Assembly (NCBI GenBank): GCA_963716195.1
Contig: OY970293.1
Coordinates: forward strand, 622,909-686,908
Source: an uncultured Solirubrobacterales bacterium
Lineage (GTDB): Bacteria > Actinomycetota > Thermoleophilia > Solirubrobacterales > JBBDJG01
Direction of reading: 5' to 3'
Length of the DNA: 64,000 nucleotides
This document shows, one piece after another, positions 37,319 through 47,900 of this stretch (position 1 is its first letter; each line of letters opens with the position of its first letter). The position numbers were made by a program, and so were the translations under genes. The notes under the pieces are model-generated. The model was not told the DNA's origin. It saw only the letters and a list, made by a program, of their open reading frames with translations, and made no database searches.

Positions 37319-39126
37319 GGCGTGAAGAGCGACTCGCGCAGGTAGACGCGCTCGTCCCCGCTCCCGCACGTTGGCGGGCAATTGGATCCGAACGCTCCGT
37401 CGGGTCCAGGGTCGATCAGGTTGATCCGCGTGAGCTGGAAGATCGACCGCCTGCCACCCTTGGCGAACCCGGGCAGCGCGGTGTCGGCGGTCGTGGACAG
37501 TGAGCATCTGCCGCCGAGGTCGGGATTGGCGGTTGCGGTGCATGCGACCGGGAGGCTGACGACCATGGCAACGGTGGCCGGCACACGCTCGAAGACTCCA
37601 CTGCGCCTGTCGGTCGTGAGCATGCTCAGCTGAAGCGCGGCAGTGCCCTGGAAGTCCGATCCGGCGCCGCCGGGGCACGGCGTGTTCGCCGTCACGCAGA
37701 GCACATCGGTCGCCTGCGCCGTGATGGCGATGTCGCCTTCATCCGGGGTGGTGCCGGTGTTGTCCGGTATGGCGATCAGTTTCACGAAGCCAGATCCGCG
37801 TCCAAGCGAAGACGTCGTGAGCGTGTTGGATTCCCTGTTCGGCGGTGTGCACGCTCCGAGCGCGAGAGGCGTGACGTGCACGGAGTTCGGGCTCGTGCAC
37901 GCCGCGTACCCCGGAGCAAGCGGCACGCGCACGGGGGTGCCGCTGCCAGGTCGCGGATAGGGCTCGATCTCCGTCACCTGGCGCACCTCCCCGACATTGA
38001 TCGCGACGTAGTAGAGGGCGCCTGGGGTGAAGATGACGTCCGTCGGCCCGCCGGCTCCAGTGACGAACTGGCTCACCGGCTCGATGATGTCGCTTCGCCC
38101 GGCATTGACGTCAGCGCGATAGATGTTGCTCGAGCTGTTGTCGCCGAAGAAGTAATCGCCACTGAACGGGCCGAAGCCGGCCGGGGCGAAGTCCCCGCCG
38201 ATGATCGTGCGCCCGAGGCTGCCGGTTCCGCTCAGCGGGTAGGTGAAGATGGGGGCAACGTCGTCCGGCTCGGTCATGCATCCGGGCGGCTCGGTCCCCT
38301 CGCAGCGAGGCCATGAGTAGTTGCCGCCGGCTATGACGATGTCGAGCTCCTCGAACGCCGACTGGCCGACGTCCCCGGCCCAGAGGCGGCCGGTCTGGTT
38401 GTCGAAGCCCATCCTGAACGGGTTGCGGAAGCCGTAGGCGAACACCTCGGGGCGCGCGCCTGGAGTGCCGGCGAACGGATTGCCCGCAGCGGGGGCGCCG
38501 GTCAGCTCGAGGCGCAGGATCTTGCCGTTCAGCGAGCCCAGGTCCTGAGCGTACGGGTTGGTCGAGGCGCCGGGGGGGCCACCGTCGCCGAGGCCCGAGT
38601 CGCCGACGCTGACGTACAACTTCCCGTCCGCCGGTCCGATCCGCAGTGTGCCGGCGTCGTGGTTGCCGTTGTCGGTGCGAATGCCGGTGAGCAGGACCGC
38701 GAGTGAGGACAGGTTCACCGTCGAGCCGGTCATCGTCACGCGGATGACCTGGTTGAAGCGCCCGACAGCGTCGGCGCAGGAGCCGCCGGCGTCGGCGGCC
38801 GAGCGGTACAGGTAGATGAAGCCGTTCGAGGTGAAGTTGGGATCGACCGCCACCCCGAGGAGCCCCATCTCGGAGGCGCTGCAGACCGGGATCGTGGCCA
38901 GAGTGGTCACCCCGGATCCGGTCGCGAGCTTGAGCGCGCCGCCCTTCTCGGTGATCAGCATTCCGCTGTTGCCGGGCAGGAACGCGATCGCGGTCGGGGC
39001 GCTCAGGCCCGTAGCGACGGCAACGTCCTCGAAGCCGCTCACGGGCGTGCCGGCCTTGGCGGCAGAGGGACCGGCGGCGAGGGCAAGACCGACCAGGAGC
39101 GTGGTCAGAACAGCTTTTGCACGCAC
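37315..39126 (-). CDS. Secreted PQQ-dependent sugar dehydrogenase (glucose/sorbosone DH family) with a Cys-rich C-terminal domain
   Basis: GLLGVAVDPNF, NHDAG, LYVSVGD, GKILR, YGFRNPFR, GDVG, GGNYSWP. Confidence 0.88.
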   Translation of the reverse strand: MRAKAVLTTLLVGLALAAGPSAAKAGTPVSGFEDVAVATGLSAPTAIAFLPGNSGMLITEKGGALKLATGSGVTTLATIPVCSASEMGLLGVAVDPNFTSNGFIYLYRSAADAGGSCADAVGRFNQVIRVTMTGSTVNLSSLAVLLTGIRTDNGNHDAGTLRIGPADGKLYVSVGDSGLGDGGPPGASTNPYAQDLGSLNGKILRLELTGAPAAGNPFAGTPGARPEVFAYGFRNPFRMGFDNQTGRLWAGDVGQSAFEELDIVIAGGNYSWPRCEGTEPPGCMTEPDDVAPIFTYPLSGTGSLGRTIIGGDFAPAGFGPFSGDYFFGDNSSSNIYRADVNAGRSDIIEPVSQFVTGAGGPTDVIFTPGALYYVAINVGEVRQVTEIEPYPRPGSGTPVRVPLAPGYAACTSPNSVHVTPLALGACTPPNRESNTLTTSSLGRGSGFVKLIAIPDNTGTTPDEGDIAITAQATDVLCVTANTPCPGGAGSDFQGTAALQLSMLTTDRRSGVFERVPATVAMVVSLPVACTATANPDLGGRCSLSTTADTALPGFAKGGRRSIFQLTRINLIDPGPDGAFGSNCPPTCGSGDERVYLRESLFTP

Positions 39127-39198
39127 GTTGGCAGGTTATACCCAGAGTTCGGCAGATGCCAGGCGGCGCCAACAACCCGATTCTGGGAAGATCGTGGT

Positions 39199-39636
39199 GT
39201 GGAGGAGGAGGGAAACGTGGGAGTGGTGCGTCGAGTCTTCGATGCGCTCTCGCACCGTGATGTGCCCGCCCTGCTGGAGCTGGCCGCCCCCGACATCGAG
39301 TTCTTCGCGCCCGCGACCGCCGCTTTGACGCGGCAGGGGCGCTCCTACCGTGGTCACGACGGGATCATGCGCTACATGCGCGACGTGGGGCGGGTGTGGG
39401 ACGAGCTGGAGCTGATTCCGACGTCGTTCTCCGAGTCCGGCGACGGCCAGGTGATCGTGAGGGGACGCCTGCGTGCCAGAGGCCGAAGCGGAGTCCTGCT
39501 CGACGAGCGGGCCAACTGGCTTGTCGAGTTGCACGACGGCAAGGTCGTTTGTTCGCGGCCGCTGGGCACCGCGGAGTCGGACACGGCCGAGCTGCAGGCA
39601 GCGGTCGAGCAGCAGGACGAGACAGCCCGAGCCTGA
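39199..39636 (+). CDS. SnoaL/NTF2-like protein
   Basis: NVGVVRRVFDAL...YRGHDG...GRLRARGRSG...DGKV. Confidence 0.8.
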   Translation: MEEEGNVGVVRRVFDALSHRDVPALLELAAPDIEFFAPATAALTRQGRSYRGHDGIMRYMRDVGRVWDELELIPTSFSESGDGQVIVRGRLRARGRSGVLLDERANWLVELHDGKVVCSRPLGTAESDTAELQAAVEQQDETARA

Positions 39637-40808
39637 CGACCGCCCCTGCCAGGCCAGCACGCGTCCGCTCTCGCAGTCCCGACAGCGAGCAGCGGGTCAC
39701 GCCGCTCGAGCTGTTCTTCGACCTCGTCTTCGTGTTCGCGCTGACTCAGGTCACCGGGCTGCTGGCCGCCGATCCGACGTGGGCGGGCTTAGGCCGCGGC
39801 TTGCTGATCCTGGCCGCGCTTTGGTGGGCGTGGGCCGCCTACTCGTGGCTGACGGATTCGGTTGACCCGGAGGAGGACGCCGCACGCGTGTCGGTGTTCG
39901 CGGCGATGACCGCGATGCTGATCGCCGCGCTCGCAGTGCCGGGCGCATTCGGCGGCGATGCGCTGCTGTTCGGATGCGCCTACTTCTTGGTGCGCGTGAT
40001 GCACATCGTCCTGTACTGGGTCGCCGCCAGAGACGATCCCACATTCCGGAGCGCGGTCGGTCGGCTGGCGCCCGGGGCGATCATCGGTCCCTCCCTGCTG
40101 ATCGTGGCGAGCGCGTTCGACGGCACCGCACAGGCGGCGATCTGGGGCGTTGCCCTTCTGATCGACTACGCCGGCGCGGCGCACGCACGCGGCGAGGGAT
40201 GGAACATCTCGCCGGCGCACTTCGCGGAGCGCTACGGGCTGATCGTGATCATCGCGCTCGGTGAATCGATCGTGGCGATCGGAGCGGGAGGTGAGCTCGA
40301 GCTCGGCGTCGGCGAGGTGCTCGCCGCGGTGCTCGCGATCATCATCTCGGCCGCTCTCTGGTGGGCGTACTTCGACGTCGTCGCGATCGTCGCGGAACGC
40401 AAGCTGACAGAGGCAACAGGTGCCGCCCGCACCGATCTGGCACGGGATTCCTACAGCTACCTGCACCTGCTCATGATCGCGGGCATCGTTCTGCTCGCGC
40501 TCGGGATCAAGAAGACGCTTTCGGGTGTCGACAAGCCGCTCGACACGATCCCAGCCGTTGCGCTCTGCGGTGGCGTCGCCCTCTACCTGCTCGGGCACAT
40601 CGCCTTCCGGCTTCGCAACGTGCACTCGCTCAACCCTCACAGGCTGGTCGCCGCCTGCGCGTGCCTGGCGCTGATACCGCTCGCGCTCGAGGCGGATGCG
40701 CTGGTGGCGCTGGCCGCGGTGACCGCAGTGTGCGTGATCCTGATCGTCTACGAGATGACCCGGTTTGGCGAGGCGCGGGCGCGGTTGCGGGCGTCGGCGC
40801 AGGGGTGA
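39633..40808 (+). CDS. ltrA: Low temperature requirement protein A family membrane protein
   Basis: RVTPLELFFDLVFV, HFAERYGLIVIIALGES, LWWAYF, YSYLHL; likely CTG start in a CTGA overlap. Confidence 0.88.
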   Translation: MTTAPARPARVRSRSPDSEQRVTPLELFFDLVFVFALTQVTGLLAADPTWAGLGRGLLILAALWWAWAAYSWLTDSVDPEEDAARVSVFAAMTAMLIAALAVPGAFGGDALLFGCAYFLVRVMHIVLYWVAARDDPTFRSAVGRLAPGAIIGPSLLIVASAFDGTAQAAIWGVALLIDYAGAAHARGEGWNISPAHFAERYGLIVIIALGESIVAIGAGGELELGVGEVLAAVLAIIISAALWWAYFDVVAIVAERKLTEATGAARTDLARDSYSYLHLLMIAGIVLLALGIKKTLSGVDKPLDTIPAVALCGGVALYLLGHIAFRLRNVHSLNPHRLVAACACLALIPLALEADALVALAAVTAVCVILIVYEMTRFGEARARLRASAQG

Positions 40809-40857
40809 TGCAATGAACCGCGGCGGCTGACCGCTTCCTTCAGGGCGTGCTTTTTAC

Positions 40858-41135
40858 GGACGGGCATCGAAAGGGGAGTGATCCCATGGCGCTCGGCTGA
40901 CGACCTAAGTGGGACGAGACATCGGCGTACCTGTGCGGACTTCTACGCTTCACGACCGTTTACGACATCCCCGTAACACCGCCAATCATCGAGTGGTCAG
41001 CTTGGGGGTCTATAGCCCCCTCAACTGACCACTCGACAGGTGGCCTCTCACAAATCGGTCACTTTGTCCCACACACGCACGCAAGACACGAGCTTCCGCA
41101 AACCTTTCGTATCACCCCCCTTTCGATGCCCGTCC
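40858..41135 (-). repeat. Inverted-end/CTATAG-hairpin element, long type, copy B
   Basis: 25-bp inverted ends GGACGGGCATCGAAAGGGGAGTGAT / ATCACCCCCCTTTCGATGCCCGTCC (24/25); central hairpin TCGAGTGGTCAG...CTATAG...CTGACCACTCGA at 40989-41036. Confidence 0.88.
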
Positions 41136-41160
41136 CTGCGGCCGTAAACGAGTACTGGTC

Positions 41161-42234
41161 TTACCCGGGCCCGGCCCCTCCATCCGCATGCATCTCCGCC
41201 ACGAGCCTTTCCCGCCGTGACGGCGGCTTGCCGGTTCGGAACTCCTTCCTGTACACGTCGAAGTCGGGGAGCTCGGCGAGGAACTTCTTCGCGGCCTCCC
41301 TGCCGGACTCGTAGAGCTTCTCTGCGCGCTTGCGGGACAGTCCGAACTCGGTCGTGCCCACGCCGAGCGTGGGGATCGGAATCGTACGGACGAAATTGTG
41401 CTCCTCGACATAGCGGCGGTCGCGTGCCTCGAACATCGTGAGAAGCATGCTCTTTCCGTAGTCGATCAGACCGCTGAACAGAATGCGCTCTCGGGCAGGA
41501 GGAGGCAGGCGGGCACCCAGCTGTAGGCCGGGGTCGTCCTCGACCAGCAGCAGCCCGAAGGTCCACCAGCGAGGATCATGGGGAACATCGAACGTCTCTA
41601 CGGGGAAGTTCGAGAGCAGCCCGCCGTCCACGAGCAAATGCTCCTTACGGATCGGGTCCGACGTCACGTGCCGCACGGGCTTGTAGAAGAAGGGGAGGCT
41701 CATGCTCATGCGCACTGCCGTTGCGATCGACATGTCGGCAGGCTCCATGCCGAGGTGCCCGGCAGATGGCGGCAAGGTCAACAGCCGCCGGCACGTGACG
41801 TCGGATGCGATCACGAGCGCCCGGTAGCGAAAGCGCTCCTCCACCTCGCCCGCGAAATCGGGATGGATCAGGTCAGCGAACGTGCGTTTTCCCTTCTCCT
41901 CCAGCAGGTCGCTCATCCGCTGCAGGAAGACGTTGCCCTCGTTGACGCCCTTGTGGAGGACGAGGCTCAACGGCTTGCCGACGAACGGCACCCTCGCTGC
42001 CAGTGTCGGGTCCTCGAGCGTGCGGAGATCGAGCGCGAGGGTGAGCTCGAATATCTCCTCGGGCGTATAGCCCGCGGCGAGCAGGGTGGCTGTGATTGCT
42101 CCGGCGGACGCTCCCGCGATCCGCTCGAACGTGTATCCGCGCTCGCGCAGGACCGCCGCGGCGCCGAGCAGGCCGATGCCTTTCACGCCTCCGCCTTCGA
42201 GCACGAGGTCGAGCTGTTTGGGGCCCCTCGCCAT
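41161..42234 (-). CDS. Patatin-like phospholipase
   Basis: EGGGVKG, GASAG, SMSLPFFY, VDGG. Confidence 0.93.
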   Translation of the reverse strand: MARGPKQLDLVLEGGGVKGIGLLGAAAVLRERGYTFERIAGASAGAITATLLAAGYTPEEIFELTLALDLRTLEDPTLAARVPFVGKPLSLVLHKGVNEGNVFLQRMSDLLEEKGKRTFADLIHPDFAGEVEERFRYRALVIASDVTCRRLLTLPPSAGHLGMEPADMSIATAVRMSMSLPFFYKPVRHVTSDPIRKEHLLVDGGLLSNFPVETFDVPHDPRWWTFGLLLVEDDPGLQLGARLPPPARERILFSGLIDYGKSMLLTMFEARDRRYVEEHNFVRTIPIPTLGVGTTEFGLSRKRAEKLYESGREAAKKFLAELPDFDVYRKEFRTGKPPSRRERLVAEMHADGGAGPG

Positions 42235-42236
42235 CG

Positions 42237-43736
42237 TCAGAGCCAGTAGCCGGACGCCAGCGCCCGCAGCGCGGTGATGCCCGGCGCGAAGAAGTAGCCG
42301 CCGCCACGCGTGTCCACGAAGGGTGACTCCGGCGCGGTGATGAAGTTGGGCGGCTTGCCCTGGATCGTCATCCTGCCCTGCCCGGGGACCTTTCCGGGGA
42401 CTGGGTAGAAGGCCTCGCCGGCTTCGAGCATGTCCTGCTCGCCGCCGAGCCAGAATGAATCGCCGTCGTTCAGCCAGTGCATCTGGACCAGCTCGAACTG
42501 ACGGGCGATGTTGGCCTGGAAGCAGACGAAGAGCAGGCCGCGCTCCTGATCGTCGCGCAAATTCGGGTCGAACAGCCCGCTGCGCTCGTGGTCCCGGGCG
42601 GCGGGATCGTAGGCGGGCGGACCGTACGGGACACCGCGCCTGATCAGGCGGTGGCGCCTGGTCAGCTGGCCATCGAAGCTCATTGCGTCCCGTGGATTGG
42701 CACGCCGCACGTGAGCGCCGAGCGGGCAGCGGTAACCGGTCGGATCCTGGCCGTAGCGAAAATGGTTGATGTGCTTGGGGTCGAGCTCCCAGTCCTGTCC
42801 GTCTGGACTGTCCGAACGCACCAATGAGCGCCCGTCCTGCCAGCGGCCGATCATCTTCGCCGCCAACCGGCGCTGCCGCTCGGCGATCGCCTCAGCCGTC
42901 AGCGGCTCACCCTCGGATTCCAGCTCCGGTATGGCCTTCTCGCGAAGATACTTGCGAAACGCGCTCACGTTTTGGCGCAACTTCCTGACCACCATGTACG
43001 AGCCGCTGCGCCCGAGCGGCGCAGCGGGTGCCGGAGGGCGCTCGCCGTCCTCCCCCTCGTAGCCGAGCACGAACTCGCCGGGCGCGACCGGTGACCAGTC
43101 GCCACCCTTCTGAGGCGTTCCCATGCCGTCCTTCGTATCGGGACCGGCGTTGCCGCGGATCGCCGGCTGCGAGAACCCGTCCGCAAACCCGAAGTGCTCG
43201 CGCGCGTACAGGTCGTCCGGACGATCAGGATGTACGAGCATGTCTATCGGCTGCTCGTAGCGCAGGACCAGGCCGGGCGTCGCTTCGATGCGCTCGGCCA
43301 GTTCATCCCAACACTCCTGCCGTCGCGCTTCGGTGCGGGCCATTACGGTCACGAGCATCTGCGGCTTCTTGAGACCTTTTTCCCATTTTTTTGGCCTGCT
43401 CTCACCGACGTCTCCGAGGCGCTTCGCGCGCTTGCGCATCCCCTCGCGGAACTCGGCCGGAAACCTGCCCAGCACCACCTCCGGGACACCAAGCGCTTTC
43501 AACCCCCGGTGCGTGAATGCGATGTTGAGCGTCTCCGTGGGCTTGACCCCGTGACGCCACGGGACGGCGGTCGTGACCCTTTCGCACAGCTCCGCGAGCC
43601 ACTCGCGGCCCGCCCTGGCGTCGTCGATGCGCACGAACAGGTGAACGCCGCAGGGAAAAGAGCGCCCGTAGCCACACAGGATGTTTCCCTGCAGGTCGCG
43701 CTGGTCGACCTGATGCCTGCGGAGCGAGCGGATCAT
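42237..43736 (-). CDS. Dyp-type heme peroxidase
   Basis: LQGNIL, EHFGFADGFSQP, GSYMVVRKLRQ, GAHVRRANPRD, HRLIRRGVPYG, QFELVQ. Confidence 0.9.
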   Translation of the reverse strand: MIRSLRRHQVDQRDLQGNILCGYGRSFPCGVHLFVRIDDARAGREWLAELCERVTTAVPWRHGVKPTETLNIAFTHRGLKALGVPEVVLGRFPAEFREGMRKRAKRLGDVGESRPKKWEKGLKKPQMLVTVMARTEARRQECWDELAERIEATPGLVLRYEQPIDMLVHPDRPDDLYAREHFGFADGFSQPAIRGNAGPDTKDGMGTPQKGGDWSPVAPGEFVLGYEGEDGERPPAPAAPLGRSGSYMVVRKLRQNVSAFRKYLREKAIPELESEGEPLTAEAIAERQRRLAAKMIGRWQDGRSLVRSDSPDGQDWELDPKHINHFRYGQDPTGYRCPLGAHVRRANPRDAMSFDGQLTRRHRLIRRGVPYGPPAYDPAARDHERSGLFDPNLRDDQERGLLFVCFQANIARQFELVQMHWLNDGDSFWLGGEQDMLEAGEAFYPVPGKVPGQGRMTIQGKPPNFITAPESPFVDTRGGGYFFAPGITALRALASGYWL

Positions 43737-44845
43737 TCGAGCAACTGCTTCTGTCGCAACTGATCGCGCAGTGCTTCGCCGCGCATCCCCTGCAGCTCGA
43801 CCGAGGCTTCGCCGAGTCGGTTCGCGATGTTCAGCGCCCACAGCACTTCCTCCACAGTTACCCCGTCGTAGGCGGCGACGGCCAGACCCTCTTTGACGAC
43901 GTGGTTGAGCAGGAACTGTTTGAGCTGCGCCGCGGTCTGGCCGTTGAAGCCGCACGGCCCCCAGATGCTCTTCACCCGCTCGCTACCCAGGTGTTCGTAG
44001 AGGTCGGTCAGGTACTTCGGCACGCAATCGTCGAACCAGGCCGAGAACATCAGATAGGAGGTCGGGTCCCGCTTCATCCTCGGCGGCGGCTTGAGGCTGT
44101 CCACGTAGGACCAGCGAGCGAAGTGGGTGGTCGGCGGAAAGTGATCGGGATCCTGTTCGAGGCGCTCGAACTCCTCGAGCATGTCGGTCCGCTGCGGTGA
44201 CTCGATCGCCGTCATCGCCGTGAACGACTTGGTGCTGGCATTCCGTCGCGGCGGGGGAGGGTCGTTGATCGCCTCGACCCGCTCGAGGAGCATCTCCCAA
44301 GCTTTGTTCAACCGCGCGGCGTCCGCTCGGTGGGCCTCGGCCTGGAACGCCGCGAGCAGCTCCTGCACCCGTAGGGCGGTTCGCACCACCTTGGTCGACG
44401 CCTGCGGATACGCGCTGTAGTGATGCAGGACGCGGGAGCGGTTGTCGTTCACGTAGTCGATGAACTTGCTCACCTTCTTCGGATCCGGCACGTCGTACGC
44501 GCCCCTCCCGAAGATCCCCCACGCCGCCCGCAGAGCGGTGGGCGCGACCATCGCGAAGGACTCGAGGTAGTGGTCCGTGTTGCCGTTGAAGTTCGATTCG
44601 AACACGAGGTAGGGCTTTTGCAGCCGGCCATTACCGCCGGGAGGAGTGCCCGGCTCGCGCTCGATCAACGACCAGCGCGCGATGTTGAGGATCGAGAGCC
44701 TTTTAAAGCTGCGCATGCCGAACCTCGCATAGCGCGGCGCGAACCACGAGAAGTAGAACCGGAGCCACCATCCCCACGACGTGTGCACCGGCGCGATGGT
44801 CGACAAAGCGACCGAATAGCCCTTGCGGTGGCGCTCCACGACCAT
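43733..44845 (-). CDS. Dyp-associated hypothetical protein with an internal duplication
   Basis: Repeated NIARWSLI...YLVFESNFNG and HFARWSYV...YLMFSAWFDD; 4-bp overlap with the Dyp gene. Confidence 0.7.
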   Translation of the reverse strand: MVVERHRKGYSVALSTIAPVHTSWGWWLRFYFSWFAPRYARFGMRSFKRLSILNIARWSLIEREPGTPPGGNGRLQKPYLVFESNFNGNTDHYLESFAMVAPTALRAAWGIFGRGAYDVPDPKKVSKFIDYVNDNRSRVLHHYSAYPQASTKVVRTALRVQELLAAFQAEAHRADAARLNKAWEMLLERVEAINDPPPPRRNASTKSFTAMTAIESPQRTDMLEEFERLEQDPDHFPPTTHFARWSYVDSLKPPPRMKRDPTSYLMFSAWFDDCVPKYLTDLYEHLGSERVKSIWGPCGFNGQTAAQLKQFLLNHVVKEGLAVAAYDGVTVEEVLWALNIANRLGEASVELQGMRGEALRDQLRQKQLLE

Positions 44846-44987
44846 TTCAGGCCGACCCTATCCGCGTTCCGCGGCGGATACAACGCGTGGGCGGCGCGAA
44901 CTAGACTCCTGCAAAAGGAGGTTTTTGTTGGGGGGGTCAAATGACGCCAGCTTCGGGAGGCATGCAACTCCCGACGCACCGGTTCCG

Positions 44988-47900
44988 ATGGTGGACCGGT
45001 TCAGAGAGCTCGCGGAGCTCGAGGCAGCACTCGCGGACGCCCGGACGCGACACGGTCGCGTGATGCTGCTCTCCGGGGAGCCCGGCATCGGCAAGACGCG
45101 GCTCGCCGAGGTGGCTGCAGAGGTCGGCGCCGCGAAGCACATGCTCGCGCTCTGGGGGCGGTCGTGGGAGACGGCGGGTGCGCCCGCGTACTGGCCCTGG
45201 ACGCAGCTCCTACGCACTTTGATCTCGACGCGCGACACTGCCAGGCTCGAGCTCGAGGTCGGCAGCGGCGCACGCTGGCTGGCCCAGGTGCTGCCCGAGC
45301 TGTGCGACCTCCTGCCCGGCACGGTCGCGAGCTCGCAGGCGTCCGAGAAGGCGCGCTTCGCGATCTTCGATGCGGTCGCCTCCTTCCTGCGCCGCGCAGC
45401 GGCAAGCGACCCCCTCGTGATCGTGCTCGACGATCTGCACGCCGCCGATCCGGCTTCGCTGCTGCTGCTCGAGTTCGTGGCGCGCGGCATCGCGGACTCT
45501 CGCATCCTGCTGCTCGGGACCTACCAGGAGGCGGCCGCGCGCCGGCGCCCGGAGGTCGAGAAGCTGATCGGTTTGCTCAGCCGCCAGACCCCGACCATCT
45601 CGCTCGGAGGGTTCGAGGAGGAGGATCTCGCGCTGCTCGTCGAGTACCGGACGGGCGGACGCTGGTCCCCGGAGCTCGTCAAGGCGCTGCACCGCGCTAC
45701 CGAAGGCAACGCCTTCTTCACGAACGAGCTGATCGGGCTGCTCGCGGCAGAGGGAGAGATCAAGCCGACCATCGATGCGCGCGGCGAGCACCATTTTCCG
45801 CTGCCTGACACGGTGCGGGAGACCGTGCGGCGGCGCTTCGAGCCGCTCGATGCCGGCACGATCGCAGCGCTCGAGGCGGCCGCCGTGATCGGGCGGGAGT
45901 TCCGCACCAGCACCGTCGAGCGCGTGACAGGCGAACCGGCGCTCGATCACATCGACGCCGCGGCTTCGGCCGGCCTGGTGCGTCCCGTTCAGGGGACGAT
46001 CGATCGGCACCGGTTCACCCACAACCTGATCCGCGAGACCCTGTACGCGGAGTTGGCAGCCTCGCGCCGCGTCGACCTTCACCGCGCCGTGGGCGAAGCG
46101 CTCGAGGCCGTCTACGGTGAGGATCCGGAGCACTACGCCGAGCGCGCACACCACTTCGCCGAGGCGGCGAGCGCGGGCTATGCGGACAAGGCGCTCGAGT
46201 ACGCGAAGAAAGGAGCGCGCGAGGCCGTGCGGCTGTATGCATACGAACAGGCCGCCGAGCTCTACCAGCTCGCTCTCGACGCCGCTCAGCTGCTCGAGCC
46301 AGATCCGGAGCGCAAGGCGGAGCTCATGCTCGCAATGGGCACGGCCCGCCGCGGCGCCGACCAGCTGGGGGCGACCGAGACGCTGCTCGCAGCGGCGGAG
46401 GCGGCGCGCGGGCTCGATGATCCTCGCCTGTTCGCCGAGGCCGCGCTCGCAGTGCGTGCGTTCTTGCGCGGGGCGGGTGTGGTCAGCGACCAGCCCAGCG
46501 CTGTGTTGACGGAGGCGCTCGAGCGGCTGGAGGGGGGAGACCCTGCGCTGCGCGCGCGCGTCATGGCGCGGCTTGCCACCTGTCAGTACTACTGGCCCGG
46601 CTCGGACTCCCGGCGCAACACGCTGGTCGAGGAGGCCGTGAACCTTGCGCGGGGCCTGGACGATCCGGCGACGCTTGCGCACGTCCTCAGCAACGGCCAG
46701 TTCGCGACCGGTTCGGCGGACACGATCGAGCGCGACCTGGAGTGGCTCAACGAGTTGCTGGAGCTCGCGCGACAGATCAGGGATCCCGACGTCGAGCTTG
46801 CGGCGCGCAATCGCCAGATCGACGCCCTCATCGAGGTCGACGACGTACCGGCAGCAGGCGCCGCCGTGCGCGAGATGGAACGTTCGATCACCGAAAGCTC
46901 CGATCCCCGCACGTACGGGTACCTGTGCGTGCAGCGCGCCCGGCTGGAGATCATCGCGGGGCGGTTCGAAGCGGCCGAGCGGCTGAACGCGGAAGCGTCC
47001 GGCGAGGGCCTGCGGTTGCGGGACTCGCTCCTGATCGGGCTGGCCCGCGACCAGATCTCGGCGCTGCGCTGGTGGCAGGGACGCTTCGAGGAGGTCGAGG
47101 CGCGGGTGCGCGAGCTGGCGACCCAGCACGTCTTCCTGACGTGGCCAACGGCGCTCGCGCTTCTTCACTACGACAACGGGAACCTGGCCGAGGCTCAGCG
47201 CCATCTCGAGCAGGTCACGATCGAAGAGCTGAGCGACATGCGCCGCTACAACGACTGGCTGCTGGAGATGGCTCTGCTGGCCGAGCTGTGTTTCCGCCTC
47301 CGTGACGGGCCACGCGCCAGGAGCATCTACGAGCAGCTGGCGCCGTACGCCGGATACAACGTGATCTCGAGGCAGGCGGCGTTCCTCGGCCCGGTCTCCC
47401 ACTACCTGGCGCTTCTTGCCGCAACCCAGGACGACGTCGAGCTCGCCCTGGAGCACCTCGGACAGGCTCGCGATGCGGCTGCGCGCCTCGGCTCTCCGGT
47501 CGTGCTGATGCGGGCCGAGCTCGCGGAGGCGGACGTGCTCAGCAGACGTGACCAGCCCCAGGATCGCGACCGCAGCGTTGAGCTGCTCGCCGACGTCGCG
47601 CGGATCGGCGAGGAGCTTGGCCTAGAGCGCGTCGTCAAGCAGGTACGCGAGCGCCTCGACGGGCTCGGGGGCGCCCCGCCCGCAGCGCCCGCGGTCCTGG
47701 CCGACGGCGACGTGGCCGCGTCGCTGTGCCGTGAGGGCGACGTGTGGGCATTCGGGTTCGAGGGCCGCTCGGTTCGCGTCCGCGACGGCCGCGGCGTGCG
47801 GCATCTCGCCGTCCTGCTCGCAAATCCGGGAGTCGAGGTGCACGCGCTCGAGCTCGCCAGCCCCCAGGGGAGCGTCGAATCTGGAGCGGCCGGCCGCGGC

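Noticed and set aside
40858-41135. Integron attC site or autonomous IS
   Set aside because: No RYYYAAC/GTTRRRY boxes, no integrase or transposase, and no clear target-site duplication
45210-47456. Long antisense ORFs (also 9327-11726, 6457-8145, 28478-30049 and others)
   Set aside because: Shadow ORFs typical of high-GC DNA, lying opposite well-supported genes
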